Source of the DNA: an uncultured Terriglobus sp.
GTDB lineage: Bacteria; Acidobacteriota; Terriglobia; Terriglobales; Acidobacteriaceae
Length of the DNA: 38,360 nucleotides
Reading direction: 5' to 3'
Assembly: GCA_964249285.1 (NCBI GenBank)
Contig: CAXUBG010000007.1
Span: 1 to 38,360, forward strand
Shown here: positions 1 to 11,907 of the stretch, piece after piece
Layout: every line of letters begins with the position of its first letter
Numbering within the stretch: position 1 is the first letter of the stretch
Made by a program: the position numbers and the translations under genes
The notes under the pieces: model-generated
What the model was told of the DNA's origin: nothing
The model's input: only the letters and a program-made list of their open reading frames with translations
Database searches by the model: none

Positions 1-1940
1 GCATACCGCACACTTGCGCTCGGCAGCACATTCACATAGCTGCCAGACGTTGCGATATTGGCGGTGTTTGCTGTCACATTGCCCGCGTCGGTGTCGTTGG
101 TTCCTTCCACTCGAACACCACCAACGATGCGGAACTTAGCCAGGTTAATGGTGTCCATTACATACCCGGCACTTACTTTTTCGTTGAAGTCGAAATTGTT
201 GTACTGCGAAGCACTGCTTTGGATCTGGCCCGCAAACGACCGCACGGTGTCGTAGCTGACGGTCGGCCCGAATTGGTAGGTTCCGCCGTAATAACCCGGA
301 TCAGTAAACGCGCCCAAAAATCTCGTCATTTGCAGGCTGGGATCATTGGCGTTTGCGACGGGCGTGAAGTACACCACGTTCTGGTTGGCAAATTTGTGCA
401 CGTTGCGGAAGCGCCCACCAACCTCAAAGGTACTTGCGTGCCCAGCCAGGGTGTAGTTTGTGGCAATCGACGCGCCGAAGCCCAGATCGACTTCGGGATT
501 GTAGTAAAAATTCTTGCGCTGGCCGGTGTAGTAATACTGCGCCGGATCATACAAATTGACTCCAGCGGGTGCTACCAGTTTGGGTGTTAATGGGTTTGAC
601 GTATCGAGGCTGAACTGGATGGAGCCAGCCAGCGGCGTGCCGGAGGCCGGTTTGAAGCTGGCATCGGAGTAGCCGTTATCGCGCGTCCGTCCTACGGAAC
701 TTTCCACGTCCCACGCCAGCAGCGACCGGGAGATTACATGCCTGCCACCCAACTGCGCGCTGCCAAGATCCTGTACAGGCCGCCGTATCTCCGCACCAAA
801 CGTTACGCTGCCGGAACCATCTGGTTGGCCCGCGGCTGTAAAGCCGGTCGCAATGTTGTAATCCCACCGGTCGCCATCGTTATGGAAAAGCGCGTAAAGA
901 CCTTTAAGGTACACACTGGACGTGTCGTTGAAGCGGTAGTCCAGCGTGCCGGCGAATCCACGCCGGTCGCGGTAGTAGCGGTAGTCGCGCACGTCATACC
1001 CGCCCAGCAACACCGGACCGGGTTCTACGTCGTTGATGCCACGCCCGTTCCAGTCATAGTGCCCGCCGAAGAGCGCTCCCAACTTGCCGGCGTTGAACCG
1101 CTTGCCCAGTGTCCCGTCGAACGCATACGCGGCACGCCCGCCGATCTGTGGCGTATAGCCGCCCGTGCTCTCCAGCGTAATGCTGGGCCTGGTCGACGCC
1201 GCACTTTTGGTCCGGATATCCACCGAGCCGCCGATGCCGTCCCCTGGCATGTTCGCCTCAAGCGTTTTGTTGATCTGCACGGACTCCACAAGGTCCGCCG
1301 GAATGATGTCGAGCTTGACCTGTCGCACCGTTTCAGCGGAGGCGATATTCACTCCATCGATGGTCACATTCGTCAGCCTTGGCTCCGTGCCGCGGACCTG
1401 CACATATTTGCCTTCACCCTCGTCGCGCTCCAGCGACACATTTGGCAACCGGCCGATTGCATCGGCAACGTTGGCGTTCGGCAGGCTGATAATCACGTCA
1501 GCGGGAAGCACATTGATGATGTTGTCGGCATTGAAGGTACGGTTGATCGCTTCTATTTCACCGCCTTCCCGTCCGGCGACGACATTGACGCTTGTGCTGG
1601 TGTCCGCGATTTTTAGAGAAGCGTCCGCCCGGGTGGAGGTTATGCCAACCGTAATCTGTTGCCTAGCATTGCTAAAGCCAGAATATGTGACAGTCAGGGT
1701 GTACTGGCCGCTGGCAATGCCAGTCAGCGTGTACTGGCCCTGCGCATCGGTGAGGGTTGTGATGGCACCCGGGTCGAGTGCAACCTGCGCACCTTGCAGG
1801 GCACGTCCAGCCGCATCGGTAATCTGTCCGGTGACGCTGCCACGGCCAGTCTGGGCGCAGAGCGGACGGATGACTGCGAAGGTTGATAGTGACACAGACA
1901 GAGCGGCGAGCGCAGCGGCAGAACGGCGGGAAGTCATCAT
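1..1940 (-). CDS. TonB-dependent receptor with N-terminal carboxypeptidase-regulatory-like domain (3' end beyond left edge)
   Basis: Hand translation from ATG at 1940 (AAGGA SD at 1949-1945) gives MMTSRRSAAALAALSVSLSTFAVIRPLCAQTGRGSVTGQITDAAGRALQGAQV..., a plug region (NANVADAIGRLPNVSLERDEGEGKYVQVRGTEPRLTNVTIDG...IIPADLVESVQINK...DGIGGSVD) and amphipathic beta-strands. The frame is open to base 1. It is missing from the ORF track because the stop lies outside the window. Confidence 0.93.
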   Translation of the reverse strand, partial: MMTSRRSAAALAALSVSLSTFAVIRPLCAQTGRGSVTGQITDAAGRALQGAQVALDPGAITTLTDAQGQYTLTGIASGQYTLTVTYSGFSNARQQITVGITSTRADASLKIADTSTSVNVVAGREGGEIEAINRTFNADNIINVLPADVIISLPNANVADAIGRLPNVSLERDEGEGKYVQVRGTEPRLTNVTIDGVNIASAETVRQVKLDIIPADLVESVQINKTLEANMPGDGIGGSVDIRTKSAASTRPSITLESTGGYTPQIGGRAAYAFDGTLGKRFNAGKLGALFGGHYDWNGRGINDVEPGPVLLGGYDVRDYRYYRDRRGFAGTLDYRFNDTSSVYLKGLYALFHNDGDRWDYNIATGFTAAGQPDGSGSVTFGAEIRRPVQDLGSAQLGGRHVISRSLLAWDVESSVGRTRDNGYSDASFKPASGTPLAGSIQFSLDTSNPLTPKLVAPAGVNLYDPAQYYYTGQRKNFYYNPEVDLGFGASIATNYTLAGHASTFEVGGRFRNVHKFANQNVVYFTPVANANDPSLQMTRFLGAFTDPGYYGGTYQFGPTVSYDTVRSFAGQIQSSASQYNNFDFNEKVSAGYVMDTINLAKFRIVGGVRVEGTNDTDAGNVTANTANIATSGSYVNVLPSASVRY

Positions 1941-2089
1941 CTGGTCCTTAGGGGGTTTGCGCCGAAGACAGAACCATGCAGCGCTCTGAAACCATCTGAT
2001 CGCTGCGCAACTAGAACAGCGAAGCCCATGCGGCTGCCGCAGGAGAGCTTCTGTACATCGCGCTACCCGTCCAGATGTACTTTCACCAT

Positions 2090-2137
2090 GTGGACAGCGT
2101 TTGAACGTGGCGTGAACGGTAAGTAAACACGCGTGAC
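2090..2137 (-). promoter_or_regulatory. Array of 11-bp-period direct repeats (PHO-box/OmpR-family operator-like) upstream of the TonB receptor
   Basis: Minus-strand hexamers GTTTAC (2128-2123), GTTCAC (2117-2112), GTTCAA (2106-2101) and GTCCAC (2095-2090) are exactly 11 nt apart, plus GTCAC at 2137-2133. Confidence 0.55.
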
Positions 2138-2148
2138 TGGACTGCACA

Positions 2149-2175
2149 GTGCCCCGCATCTCGCTGCCGAGACGT
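2149..2175. repeat. REP-like palindromic element (GTGCCCC plus hairpin)
   Basis: GTGCCCC followed by the hairpin GCATCTCG-ctgc-CGAGACGT. Same architecture as the reverse complement of 15207-15240. Confidence 0.4.
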
Positions 2176-2357
2176 AGAGTGCGATGCCAGTAGGCCGTTC
2201 TCGAATCGGCGTTGGGCGTCCGCTTGTCTCACATCTTGCGAGATGATGAAGTGCCCGCCTTACACACGGCGTGGTTCCTGACCACACGATAAGAAGGATC
2301 GCTACGCACCTGCAGCCCGTTTCAAGAATCCATGAAGCCAAGGCGAGCGCGGACAAG

Positions 2358-2384
2358 CCATCTCGGCTTCGGCTTGAGAGACGG
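2358..2384 (-). terminator. Possible hairpin terminator after gyrB
   Basis: Imperfect inverted repeat CCATCTC...GAGACGG 6 nt after the gyrB stop; the U-tract is weak. Confidence 0.3.
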
Positions 2385-2390
2385 AGGAGT

Positions 2391-5105
<2,715 letters not shown>

Positions 5106-5134
5106 TTATATTCCGGAGACTCTTTTCGTCCTTG

Positions 5135-5143
5135 ATTCTACCA
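5135..5143 (-). promoter_or_regulatory. Extended -10 promoter element (TGgTAGAAT) for gyrB
   Basis: Reverse complement of attctacca; TG-n-TAGAAT about 80 nt upstream of the gyrB start. Confidence 0.5.
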
Positions 5144-5241
5144 TTCCGGCCACCAAAACAACGCTTGAATGAGACAACGGTTTCTATAGCTTTTAGCTCC
5201 CGGCGAGCGCGTTCCTCGGCGAAAAGAGGGCACCTGTGAGG

Positions 5242-5247
5242 TACAAT
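5242..5247 (+). promoter_or_regulatory. -10 element (TACAAT) for rpmI-rplT
   Basis: TACAAT ending 56 nt upstream of the rpmI ATG in the divergent gyrB/rpmI intergenic region. Confidence 0.45.
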
Positions 5248-5303
5248 TAGAACGCTGTCTACTTCACCGGACAGCGCACTCAGCAGTTTGACAGGAAGTT
5301 TCA

Positions 5304-5501
5304 ATGCCTAAGCTCAAGACCCACTCAGGGGCGGCCAAGCGCTTCAGCAAGACTGGTACCGGAAAGATCAAGCGGGGCCAGACCAAGAAGCGGCACATCC
5401 TGACCTCGAAGTCGACCAAGGTGAAGCGCAAGCTTACCGCGCAGGCCTATGTGTCCGACGGAGATTATGCCAAGGTTTCGCGGATGATCCCCTACGCCTA
5501 A
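5304..5501 (+). CDS. rpmI: 50S ribosomal protein L35
   Basis: 65 aa, [24 protein letters not shown]...KRHILT; lies upstream of rplT. Confidence 0.98.
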   Translation: MPKLKTHSGAAKRFSKTGTGKIKRGQTKKRHILTSKSTKVKRKLTAQAYVSDGDYAKVSRMIPYA

Positions 5502-5700
5502 GGCTCCGCCTTAAGCAAGACAGAGTTTCCGCCCAGCCGCTGGCGTGGTTGCCAGCAGTGGTCCAGAACGAGTAACCGGGCCCTCGATCCGAATGGATCG
5601 ACTACGAGGCGGAAAAGCAGCAAGCGTGTGAAGAGGCCCGGCGCGAGCCGTCCTTACCTCCAGCCGCTAACCACAGTAGTACGCAAAAGGAGAACCATCC
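5502..5700 (+). ncRNA. Candidate structured cis-regulatory RNA (L20 leader-like) in the rpmI-rplT spacer
   Basis: Complementary segments 5526-5533/5608-5615, 5576-5582/5635-5641, 5539-5544/5551-5556 and 5584-5590/5595-5601; anti-SD TCCTT at 5651-5655. Confidence 0.5.
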
Positions 5701-6084
5701 ATGCCCCGCGTCAAACGTGGCACCAAACGCAATGACCGCCGCAAGAAGATTCTGAAGCGCGCGTCCGGCTACTTCCTTACGAAATCCAAGCTCTACCAGG
5801 CGGCGCAGGAAGCCGTTGAACGCGGCCTGAAGTTCGCCTACATCGGCCGTAAGCAGAAGAAGCGGCAGTTCCGCAGCTTGTGGATCGTTCGCATCGGCGC
5901 GGCCGCCCGCATCAACGGCATGAGCTATTCGACGTTCATCAGCGGCCTGAAGAAGGCTGGCGTTGAGCTTGACCGCAAGGTGCTGAGCGACATTGCCACC
6001 AGGGACGCAGCAGGGTTTGCCTCGCTTGCTGTCACCGCAAAAGCGGCTTTCGACAAAGCGAAGTCCGAGCGCGCCGCAGCGTAG
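5701..6084 (+). CDS. rplT: 50S ribosomal protein L20
   Basis: MPRVKRG...[11 protein letters not shown]...[21 protein letters not shown]...[10 protein letters not shown]; AAGGAG SD. Confidence 0.98.
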   Translation: MPRVKRGTKRNDRRKKILKRASGYFLTKSKLYQAAQEAVERGLKFAYIGRKQKKRQFRSLWIVRIGAAARINGMSYSTFISGLKKAGVELDRKVLSDIATRDAAGFASLAVTAKAAFDKAKSERAAA

Positions 6085-6102
6085 CGGGCGCACCGTTGTG
6101 CA

Positions 6103-6136
6103 GCGGCACGGCTTCGGCTGTGCCGTTTGCCGTTTT
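6103..6136 (+). terminator. Rho-independent terminator after rplT
   Basis: Stem GCGGCACGGC-TTCG-GCTGTGCCGT with a C(UUCG)G tetraloop, followed by TTGCCGTTTT. Confidence 0.75.
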
Positions 6137-6168
6137 GGCTTGCATTGAGCGCGGTTTACTCTCACCGT

Positions 6169-7905
6169 ATGCGACTGTCACTGCCCATGTATCTCCTGGC
6201 ACTTCTATTCAGCGTGCCGCTTTGGGGCCAAGATACCGGCAGCAATACCGCGGCAAAGCGTGACGCGGCAGGTGCTGCACCGGCGAGTGCGGCCCAGCAG
6301 GCACCAACACGAGGACAACTCCTGCTGGGGCAGTATGGACCGTACCGGGCGAACAACGACCTGCTGCACTACACCCTGTCAGTGCGGGTCAACCCAGGGG
6401 ACAGCAGCATTCGCGGCGACAACCAGGTGCGTTTCCGGATGCTGCAGGACGGGCAGCGCATTCAACTGGACCTGACGCGAGATCTCGGCATCAGCAACGT
6501 CCTTTTCCGGGGGAAGCCGGTCGCGTTCACGCGCGATGAGGACTCATTTTTCATCGATTTTCCGGTCATGCTGCGACGTGGACAGGTTTACACCGTGGAT
6601 GTCTTCTACGGCGGCAAGCCGCGCAAGGCAGGCCGCTTTGGCGGCATGTCGTTTGAGACGGACGCCGGGGGTAAGCCGTGGATCTTTACCGCGTGCGAAG
6701 GCAACGGCGCCCGGGTGTGGTGGCCCAATAAGGATCAATGGAAGGATGAGCCGCAGGAGGGAGTTGACCTCCACGTAGCCGTGCCCAACGGACTGATGGA
6801 CGTCTCCAATGGCCGTCTGCTGGGCCACCAGGACCTGCACGATGGCTATACGCGCTGGGACTGGCGCGTAACCTATCCCATCAACAACTACGATGTTGCG
6901 TTAAACATCGCCGGCTATGCTCACTTCACGGACAAGCCGCTCGGCAAACTGACACTCGATTTCTATGCCAAGCCCGAGGATTTGGACAAAGCAAAGGCAC
7001 AATTTGCGCAGGCACGGCCCATGCTGGAGATCTTCAACAAGTACATCGGTGAGTATCCGTTTGTGCGGGATGGCTACAAGCTGGTGCAGGTGCCTTATGC
7101 CGGGATGGAGCACCAGAGCGCCGTCGCCTACGGCAATCATTTTCGCAATAGCTACGGACCGAGGGACTGGACCGGCGTCGGGATCAGTCCTAAGTTCGAC
7201 TTCATCATCATTCACGAGAGCGGCCATGAGTGGTTCGGAAACGCAATCACTGCCGCCGATCCGGCCGATATGTGGATACATGAAGGCTTCACCACATACG
7301 CGGAAGACATCTATGTGGAAGGCCAATGGGGTAAAGACGACGCCCTTCGTTATGTGAATGGATACAAATCGAAGGTAAACAACAAGTACCCCATTGTTGG
7401 CGAACGCGGCATCAACCGCGAACCGCGGGATGAGGACCAGTATTTCAAAGCCGCGCTCTTCCTCAACACGTTGCGTTCCGCCGTGGACGACGACATCTTG
7501 TGGTGGCGTGCATTCCACAACTACTATGAGCACTTCAAATACCGCAACATTGTGACGGAAGACGTGATTACGTATTGGAGTCAGCAGTTAGGTAAGGATT
7601 GCACGCCGTTATTCAATGAGTATCTTCGCCATGCGGCGCTGCCCAAGTTAGAACTGCGGTTCGATGATACGAACGGTACTGTGCAGTACCGCTGGCAAGC
7701 TGAAGAGCCCGGATTCAACATGCCGGTGAAAGCAGGCGGCCCCGAACACTGGACGGTGCTGCACCCTACTGCGGAATGGCAGACAACGCAGGGTGCACGC
7801 GATGACTTCAAGGTGGCAACAACCCTGTATTACGTGCAGGTGGTGCGCGACGGCATCGAGGAGCCACTCTTTCCACTGGCTCCGTCTTCAAGGCCGCAAT
7901 CCTGA
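6169..7905 (+). CDS. Secreted M1-family zinc aminopeptidase
   Basis: AGMEHQ exopeptidase motif and HESGHEWFGN...WIHEGF (HExxH-18-E); signal peptide MRLSLPMYLLALLFSVPLWGQ. Confidence 0.9.
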   Translation: MRLSLPMYLLALLFSVPLWGQDTGSNTAAKRDAAGAAPASAAQQAPTRGQLLLGQYGPYRANNDLLHYTLSVRVNPGDSSIRGDNQVRFRMLQDGQRIQLDLTRDLGISNVLFRGKPVAFTRDEDSFFIDFPVMLRRGQVYTVDVFYGGKPRKAGRFGGMSFETDAGGKPWIFTACEGNGARVWWPNKDQWKDEPQEGVDLHVAVPNGLMDVSNGRLLGHQDLHDGYTRWDWRVTYPINNYDVALNIAGYAHFTDKPLGKLTLDFYAKPEDLDKAKAQFAQARPMLEIFNKYIGEYPFVRDGYKLVQVPYAGMEHQSAVAYGNHFRNSYGPRDWTGVGISPKFDFIIIHESGHEWFGNAITAADPADMWIHEGFTTYAEDIYVEGQWGKDDALRYVNGYKSKVNNKYPIVGERGINREPRDEDQYFKAALFLNTLRSAVDDDILWWRAFHNYYEHFKYRNIVTEDVITYWSQQLGKDCTPLFNEYLRHAALPKLELRFDDTNGTVQYRWQAEEPGFNMPVKAGGPEHWTVLHPTAEWQTTQGARDDFKVATTLYYVQVVRDGIEEPLFPLAPSSRPQS

Positions 7906-7936
7906 CTTGCGTTCGTCCAAGCAGCAGGAGATTCGC

Positions 7937-8701
7937 GTGAAGCAGATGATCATGGCAGCACTCGCTTTAAGCCTTACAACCGGCACGTGGAGGATGCGCG
8001 CGGATGCTGCTGCAGCGGGCGATCCGGCCCCTGTCCTGGTGGAGCTGTTTACCTCAGAGGGTTGCAGCAGCTGCCCGCCCGCCGATCGCCTGCTGCGGCA
8101 ACTTAATGGCACGCGCAGCCGTGCCGGCGCGCGCATCATAGGGTTGAGCGAGCATGTCACCTACTGGGATCATCTTGGATGGAAAGATCGCTTTTCGGAC
8201 GGTGCGGTAACGGCCCGCCAAAGTGCGTATGGAGACCATTTCCATCTCGATTCGATCTATACGCCACAGGTGGTGGTGAACGGGCGTGTGCAACTGGTAG
8301 GCAGTGACGCTGCCGGTCTGCGCAAAGCCATCGACTCGCAACCTCCGGCAATGGAGGCCCGGCTGCACATCGCGGATGTCCGTTGGGGCAGCGATGGCAT
8401 TTCAGCGCGGGTGCAGTTCCAAGGTGTTGCGAAAGCCAACGGGGTGCTCTTTGCGGTGATCGCTCAGGATATGGCAAGCACGGCGGTTCAGCACGGTGAG
8501 AACTCCGGAGAAACACTGACCCACGTCAGCATCGCTCGCACACTCTCGCGCATAGGAACGGTTGCAGCGGCGGACGAGACGATCGTTCATCTCTCAAATG
8601 AGGAGTTGCGCTCCACGGACGGGCAGAAGCGCCATCTTGTGATCTTTGCGCAAAGCGGGGATGCGGGTCCGGTTCTGGCTGTTGACACCGTGGTTCTGTA
8701 G
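7937..8701 (+). CDS. DUF1223-family secreted thioredoxin-like protein
   Basis: VELFTSEGCSSCPPAD, HVTYWDHLGWKDRFS, YTPQVVVNG and GENSGETLTH; GTG start with AGGAG SD and a signal peptide. Confidence 0.88.
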   Translation: MKQMIMAALALSLTTGTWRMRADAAAAGDPAPVLVELFTSEGCSSCPPADRLLRQLNGTRSRAGARIIGLSEHVTYWDHLGWKDRFSDGAVTARQSAYGDHFHLDSIYTPQVVVNGRVQLVGSDAAGLRKAIDSQPPAMEARLHIADVRWGSDGISARVQFQGVAKANGVLFAVIAQDMASTAVQHGENSGETLTHVSIARTLSRIGTVAAADETIVHLSNEELRSTDGQKRHLVIFAQSGDAGPVLAVDTVVL

Positions 8702-8737
8702 CCTTATGCGTCTGGCGCGGTCAGCATCTACGCAGTG

Positions 8738-10426
8738 ATGAATGACACGCAGATCAACGGCTACATCCGGCACTGGTGGAAAGAAGCGGTGATTTACCAG
8801 ATTTACCCGCGTTCCTTCCAGGATTCGAACGGCGATGGCATCGGCGACCTGCCGGGTATAACCTCCCGGCTGGACTACTTGGGCGACTTAGGCGTGGATA
8901 TTCTTTGGCTATCGCCACACTATGATTCTCCGAATACCGACAACGGCTATGATATCCGCGATTACCGTAAGGTGATGGCAGAGTTCGGCACCATGGAGGA
9001 TTTCGATGATCTTCTGGTTGCGGTCAAAAGCCGCGGCATGCGGTTGATCATCGACTTAGTCGCGAATCATACCAGCGACGAGCACTGCTGGTTTGCAGAG
9101 AGCCGTAAAAGTAAGGACAATCCATACCGCGACTACTACATCTGGCGGCCAGGCAAGGCCGGACCGGACGGAACGACGTTGCCGCCTAATAACTTTCAGT
9201 CTGCTTTTTCCGGTTCCGCTTGGACGCTGGATCCCCAAACAAATGAGTATTACTTGCATTTATTCGCCGAAAAGCAGCCGGACCTGAACTGGGATAATCC
9301 GAAGGTCCGTGATGAAATGTACGGCATTATGCGGTTCTGGCTTGACAAGGGTGTGGATGGCTTCCGCATGGATGTAATTCCATTCATCAGCAAGGACCCT
9401 GCGTTCCCCGACGTGCTGCCCGGCCAAAGTCAGGTGCGCGTCAACGCGAATGGACCGCATCTGCATGAGTACCTGCGCGAGATGACTCAGCAAGTGCTAA
9501 GCCGCTATGACTGCATGAGCGTTGGGGAGGCGCATGGCATCAGCATCGAAGAAATGCCGCAGCTGATCGATGACCGGCGTCATGAACTGGACATGATCTT
9601 CAACTTCGACGCGGTACGGCTCAATCGCGAGGGACGGAACTGGCGTAATTGGTCATTGCCGGAACTCAAGAGCATCTACACGCGGCAGGATCATGCCCTG
9701 GACAAGCACAGTTGGAACACGATCTTTCTGGCCAATCACGACAATCCCAGGCTGGTGTCGGCGTTTGGTGATGACTCCTCAGAGTTCCGCGTCGCCAGCG
9801 CGAAGCTGTTAGTGACCATGTTGGTCACTCTGAAAGGTACTGCGTACCTCTATCAGGGCGACGAACTTGGCATGACGAATTATCCGTTTCAGGATATTGA
9901 GCAATATGACGATATTGAGGCCAAGAACGCCTGGAAGCATGACGTACTCACTGGTAAGGAGACGGCAGAACACTACCTGCATAACCTGGCACGAACGAGC
10001 CGTGACAATGCGCGCACGCCAATGCAGTGGGACAGCTCTCCCAACGCCGGATTTACCCCGGCGGCAGCCAAGCCATGGCTTGCGGTGAATCCTAATTACA
10101 CCGCTATCAACGCGGCCGAAGCCGTCACAAACCCAAAGTCGATCTACCAGTACACGCGGGCTTTGCTCAAGCTGCGCAAGATTTCCTTGGCGCTTGTTTA
10201 TGGCGACTATCACGATCTGGCATGTGAGCACCCTCACCTGTTCCTCTACAGAAGAACGCTGCGCGAGGAGCAGTACCTTATGGCGCTCAATTTCTCGAGT
10301 GAGCCCCTCGGGTTCGACGTACCGCCCGGATTTGAAGGTGCACGCGTCCGGCTCTCAAACCTGGACGGCCCCGCGTTTCCACAAGCCGCGCTGCGTCCGT
10401 GGGAGGCGCGCGTTCTTCAACGGTAG
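8738..10426 (+). CDS. GH13 alpha-glucosidase/oligo-1,6-glucosidase
   Basis: WWKEAVIYQIYPRSFQDSNGDGIGDL, DLVANHTSDEH, QPDLNW, GFRMDVI, VGEA, NHD and SRDNARTPMQW. Alternative GTG start at 8735. Confidence 0.93.
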   Translation: MNDTQINGYIRHWWKEAVIYQIYPRSFQDSNGDGIGDLPGITSRLDYLGDLGVDILWLSPHYDSPNTDNGYDIRDYRKVMAEFGTMEDFDDLLVAVKSRGMRLIIDLVANHTSDEHCWFAESRKSKDNPYRDYYIWRPGKAGPDGTTLPPNNFQSAFSGSAWTLDPQTNEYYLHLFAEKQPDLNWDNPKVRDEMYGIMRFWLDKGVDGFRMDVIPFISKDPAFPDVLPGQSQVRVNANGPHLHEYLREMTQQVLSRYDCMSVGEAHGISIEEMPQLIDDRRHELDMIFNFDAVRLNREGRNWRNWSLPELKSIYTRQDHALDKHSWNTIFLANHDNPRLVSAFGDDSSEFRVASAKLLVTMLVTLKGTAYLYQGDELGMTNYPFQDIEQYDDIEAKNAWKHDVLTGKETAEHYLHNLARTSRDNARTPMQWDSSPNAGFTPAAAKPWLAVNPNYTAINAAEAVTNPKSIYQYTRALLKLRKISLALVYGDYHDLACEHPHLFLYRRTLREEQYLMALNFSSEPLGFDVPPGFEGARVRLSNLDGPAFPQAALRPWEARVLQR

Positions 10427-10471
10427 CGAGGGATTGATTGCGGGCGGATGCGCATCCGGTATCCTGAAAGC

Positions 10472-11887
10472 ATGGCTACCGCCGCCCCATCGCCGGAATT
10501 ACAGCACCGGACCGTCAACGTTGATCCGCCCAGCCAGCAGTCTGAAGGCGACACTGACCGGTACCACGGTAAGGCACCCTTTAGTTCGTGGGGCCGCTAC
10601 CCTAACTACGACGCAACCGTGGTTCCGCTCAGCTGGCGCGGCGACTACCCGCGGGTGCTGGAGCAGCACAATGGCATGCCAACGGGTGCGCTGCCGGTCG
10701 GCATGGGCCGTAGCTACGGCGACAGCTGCCTGCTCAAGGACGGCAGCCTGCTGCTGACAACCGGCATGAACCGCCTTCTGGATTTCGACCCGGAAACAGG
10801 TTTGCTGACCGCTGAAGCTGGCCTGACGCTGGGGCAGCTGTTGGATTTTGCGGTGCCTCGCGGATTTTTCCTGCCTGTTTCACCGGGAACAAAGTACGTC
10901 ACCCTAGGCGGTGCGGTAGCAAACGACATCCACGGCAAGAACCATCATGTGGCGGGCACCTTCGGGTCGCACGTTACGGAGTTTGAATTGGTGCGCAGCG
11001 ACGGCACTCGCCTGCACTGCTCGCCCACTGAGAACCCGGATTGGTATGCCGCGACCATTGGCGGCCTGGGTTTAACCGGTGTCATCGCTTGGCTCACGCT
11101 GCGGTTGCGCCCCATCGTCTCGCGCCTGATTGACTATGAGGGTATCCAGTTTCACGGCGTCGACGAGTTCCTGGCGTTGACCGAGCAGTACAAGGGCATC
11201 GAGTACACGGTGAGCTGGATCGATTGCAGCAGCACGGGAAAGAACTTCGCGCGCGGCATCTTCATGCTCGGCGATCATTCCAAGATTCCTGATACGCTGA
11301 AGCCCTCCCCGGAACCCAAGCTGGTGTTCCCGCTGGACGCCCCCGGCTTTGCATTGAACAGTGCCACCGTGTCCGCGTTCAACACCGTCTTTTTTCATAA
11401 ACAGATCAAGCCGCGCGTGCGTGCTCTACAGGATTACGAGCCGTTCTTCTATCCCCTGGACAAGGTGCTGCACTGGAATCGCATGTACGGCAAGAGCGGC
11501 TTGCTGCAGTTCCAGTACGCCATCCCCTGGGCAAGCGCCCGTGAGGGGACCATTGCCATCCTGAACGAAGTTGCAAAAAGTGGCCTGGCCAGTTTTCTGG
11601 CGGTACTGAAAGCCTTTGGCGATGTGCCCTCTCCCGGTATGATGAGCTTCCCGCAGCCGGGCATCACGCTGGCGCTGGACTTTCCCATCAAGCCGGACAA
11701 GAGCTTTCCATTATTTGACCGCTTGGCAAGCATGACGCTGGACTTCGGTGGCAAGTTGTACCCCGCCAAGGATGCCCGTATGACCGCGGCGCAATTCCAG
11801 ACGGCGTATCCGCAGTGGCAGAAGTTCTCCCGCTACAAGGATCCGCTGCTGACCTCCAGCTTTTGGGAGCGCGTGACCGGACAGTAG
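10472..11887 (+). CDS. FAD-linked oxidoreductase, DprE1-like (prenylphosphoryl-ribose 2'-oxidase family)
   Basis: GMGRSYGDS, PVSPGTKYVTLGGAVANDIHGKNHH, GGLGLTG, FFYPLD, LQFQY, SFLAVLKAFG, TLALDF and LYPAKDARM, all hallmark DprE1-family segments. Confidence 0.85.
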   Translation: MATAAPSPELQHRTVNVDPPSQQSEGDTDRYHGKAPFSSWGRYPNYDATVVPLSWRGDYPRVLEQHNGMPTGALPVGMGRSYGDSCLLKDGSLLLTTGMNRLLDFDPETGLLTAEAGLTLGQLLDFAVPRGFFLPVSPGTKYVTLGGAVANDIHGKNHHVAGTFGSHVTEFELVRSDGTRLHCSPTENPDWYAATIGGLGLTGVIAWLTLRLRPIVSRLIDYEGIQFHGVDEFLALTEQYKGIEYTVSWIDCSSTGKNFARGIFMLGDHSKIPDTLKPSPEPKLVFPLDAPGFALNSATVSAFNTVFFHKQIKPRVRALQDYEPFFYPLDKVLHWNRMYGKSGLLQFQYAIPWASAREGTIAILNEVAKSGLASFLAVLKAFGDVPSPGMMSFPQPGITLALDFPIKPDKSFPLFDRLASMTLDFGGKLYPAKDARMTAAQFQTAYPQWQKFSRYKDPLLTSSFWERVTGQ

Positions 11888-11907
11888 GACCGCTGCTGCT
11901 ACAGCCG

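Noticed and set aside
738-1989. Long plus-strand ORFs (292 aa and 274 aa)
   Set aside because: Antisense shadows of the TonB-dependent receptor; no motifs.
5526-5641. HDV-like ribozyme, because the helix order P1-P2-P3-P3'-P1'-P2' is similar
   Set aside because: There is no canonical short L3/P1.1 and no convincing P4, and the J4/2-equivalent reads GUGAAG with U where the catalytic C is required. Kept only as a generic structured RNA.
8712-8727. Sigma-54 promoter TGGCGCG...GCA before the GH13 gene
   Set aside because: The GG-to-GC spacing is 8 nt rather than the required 10.
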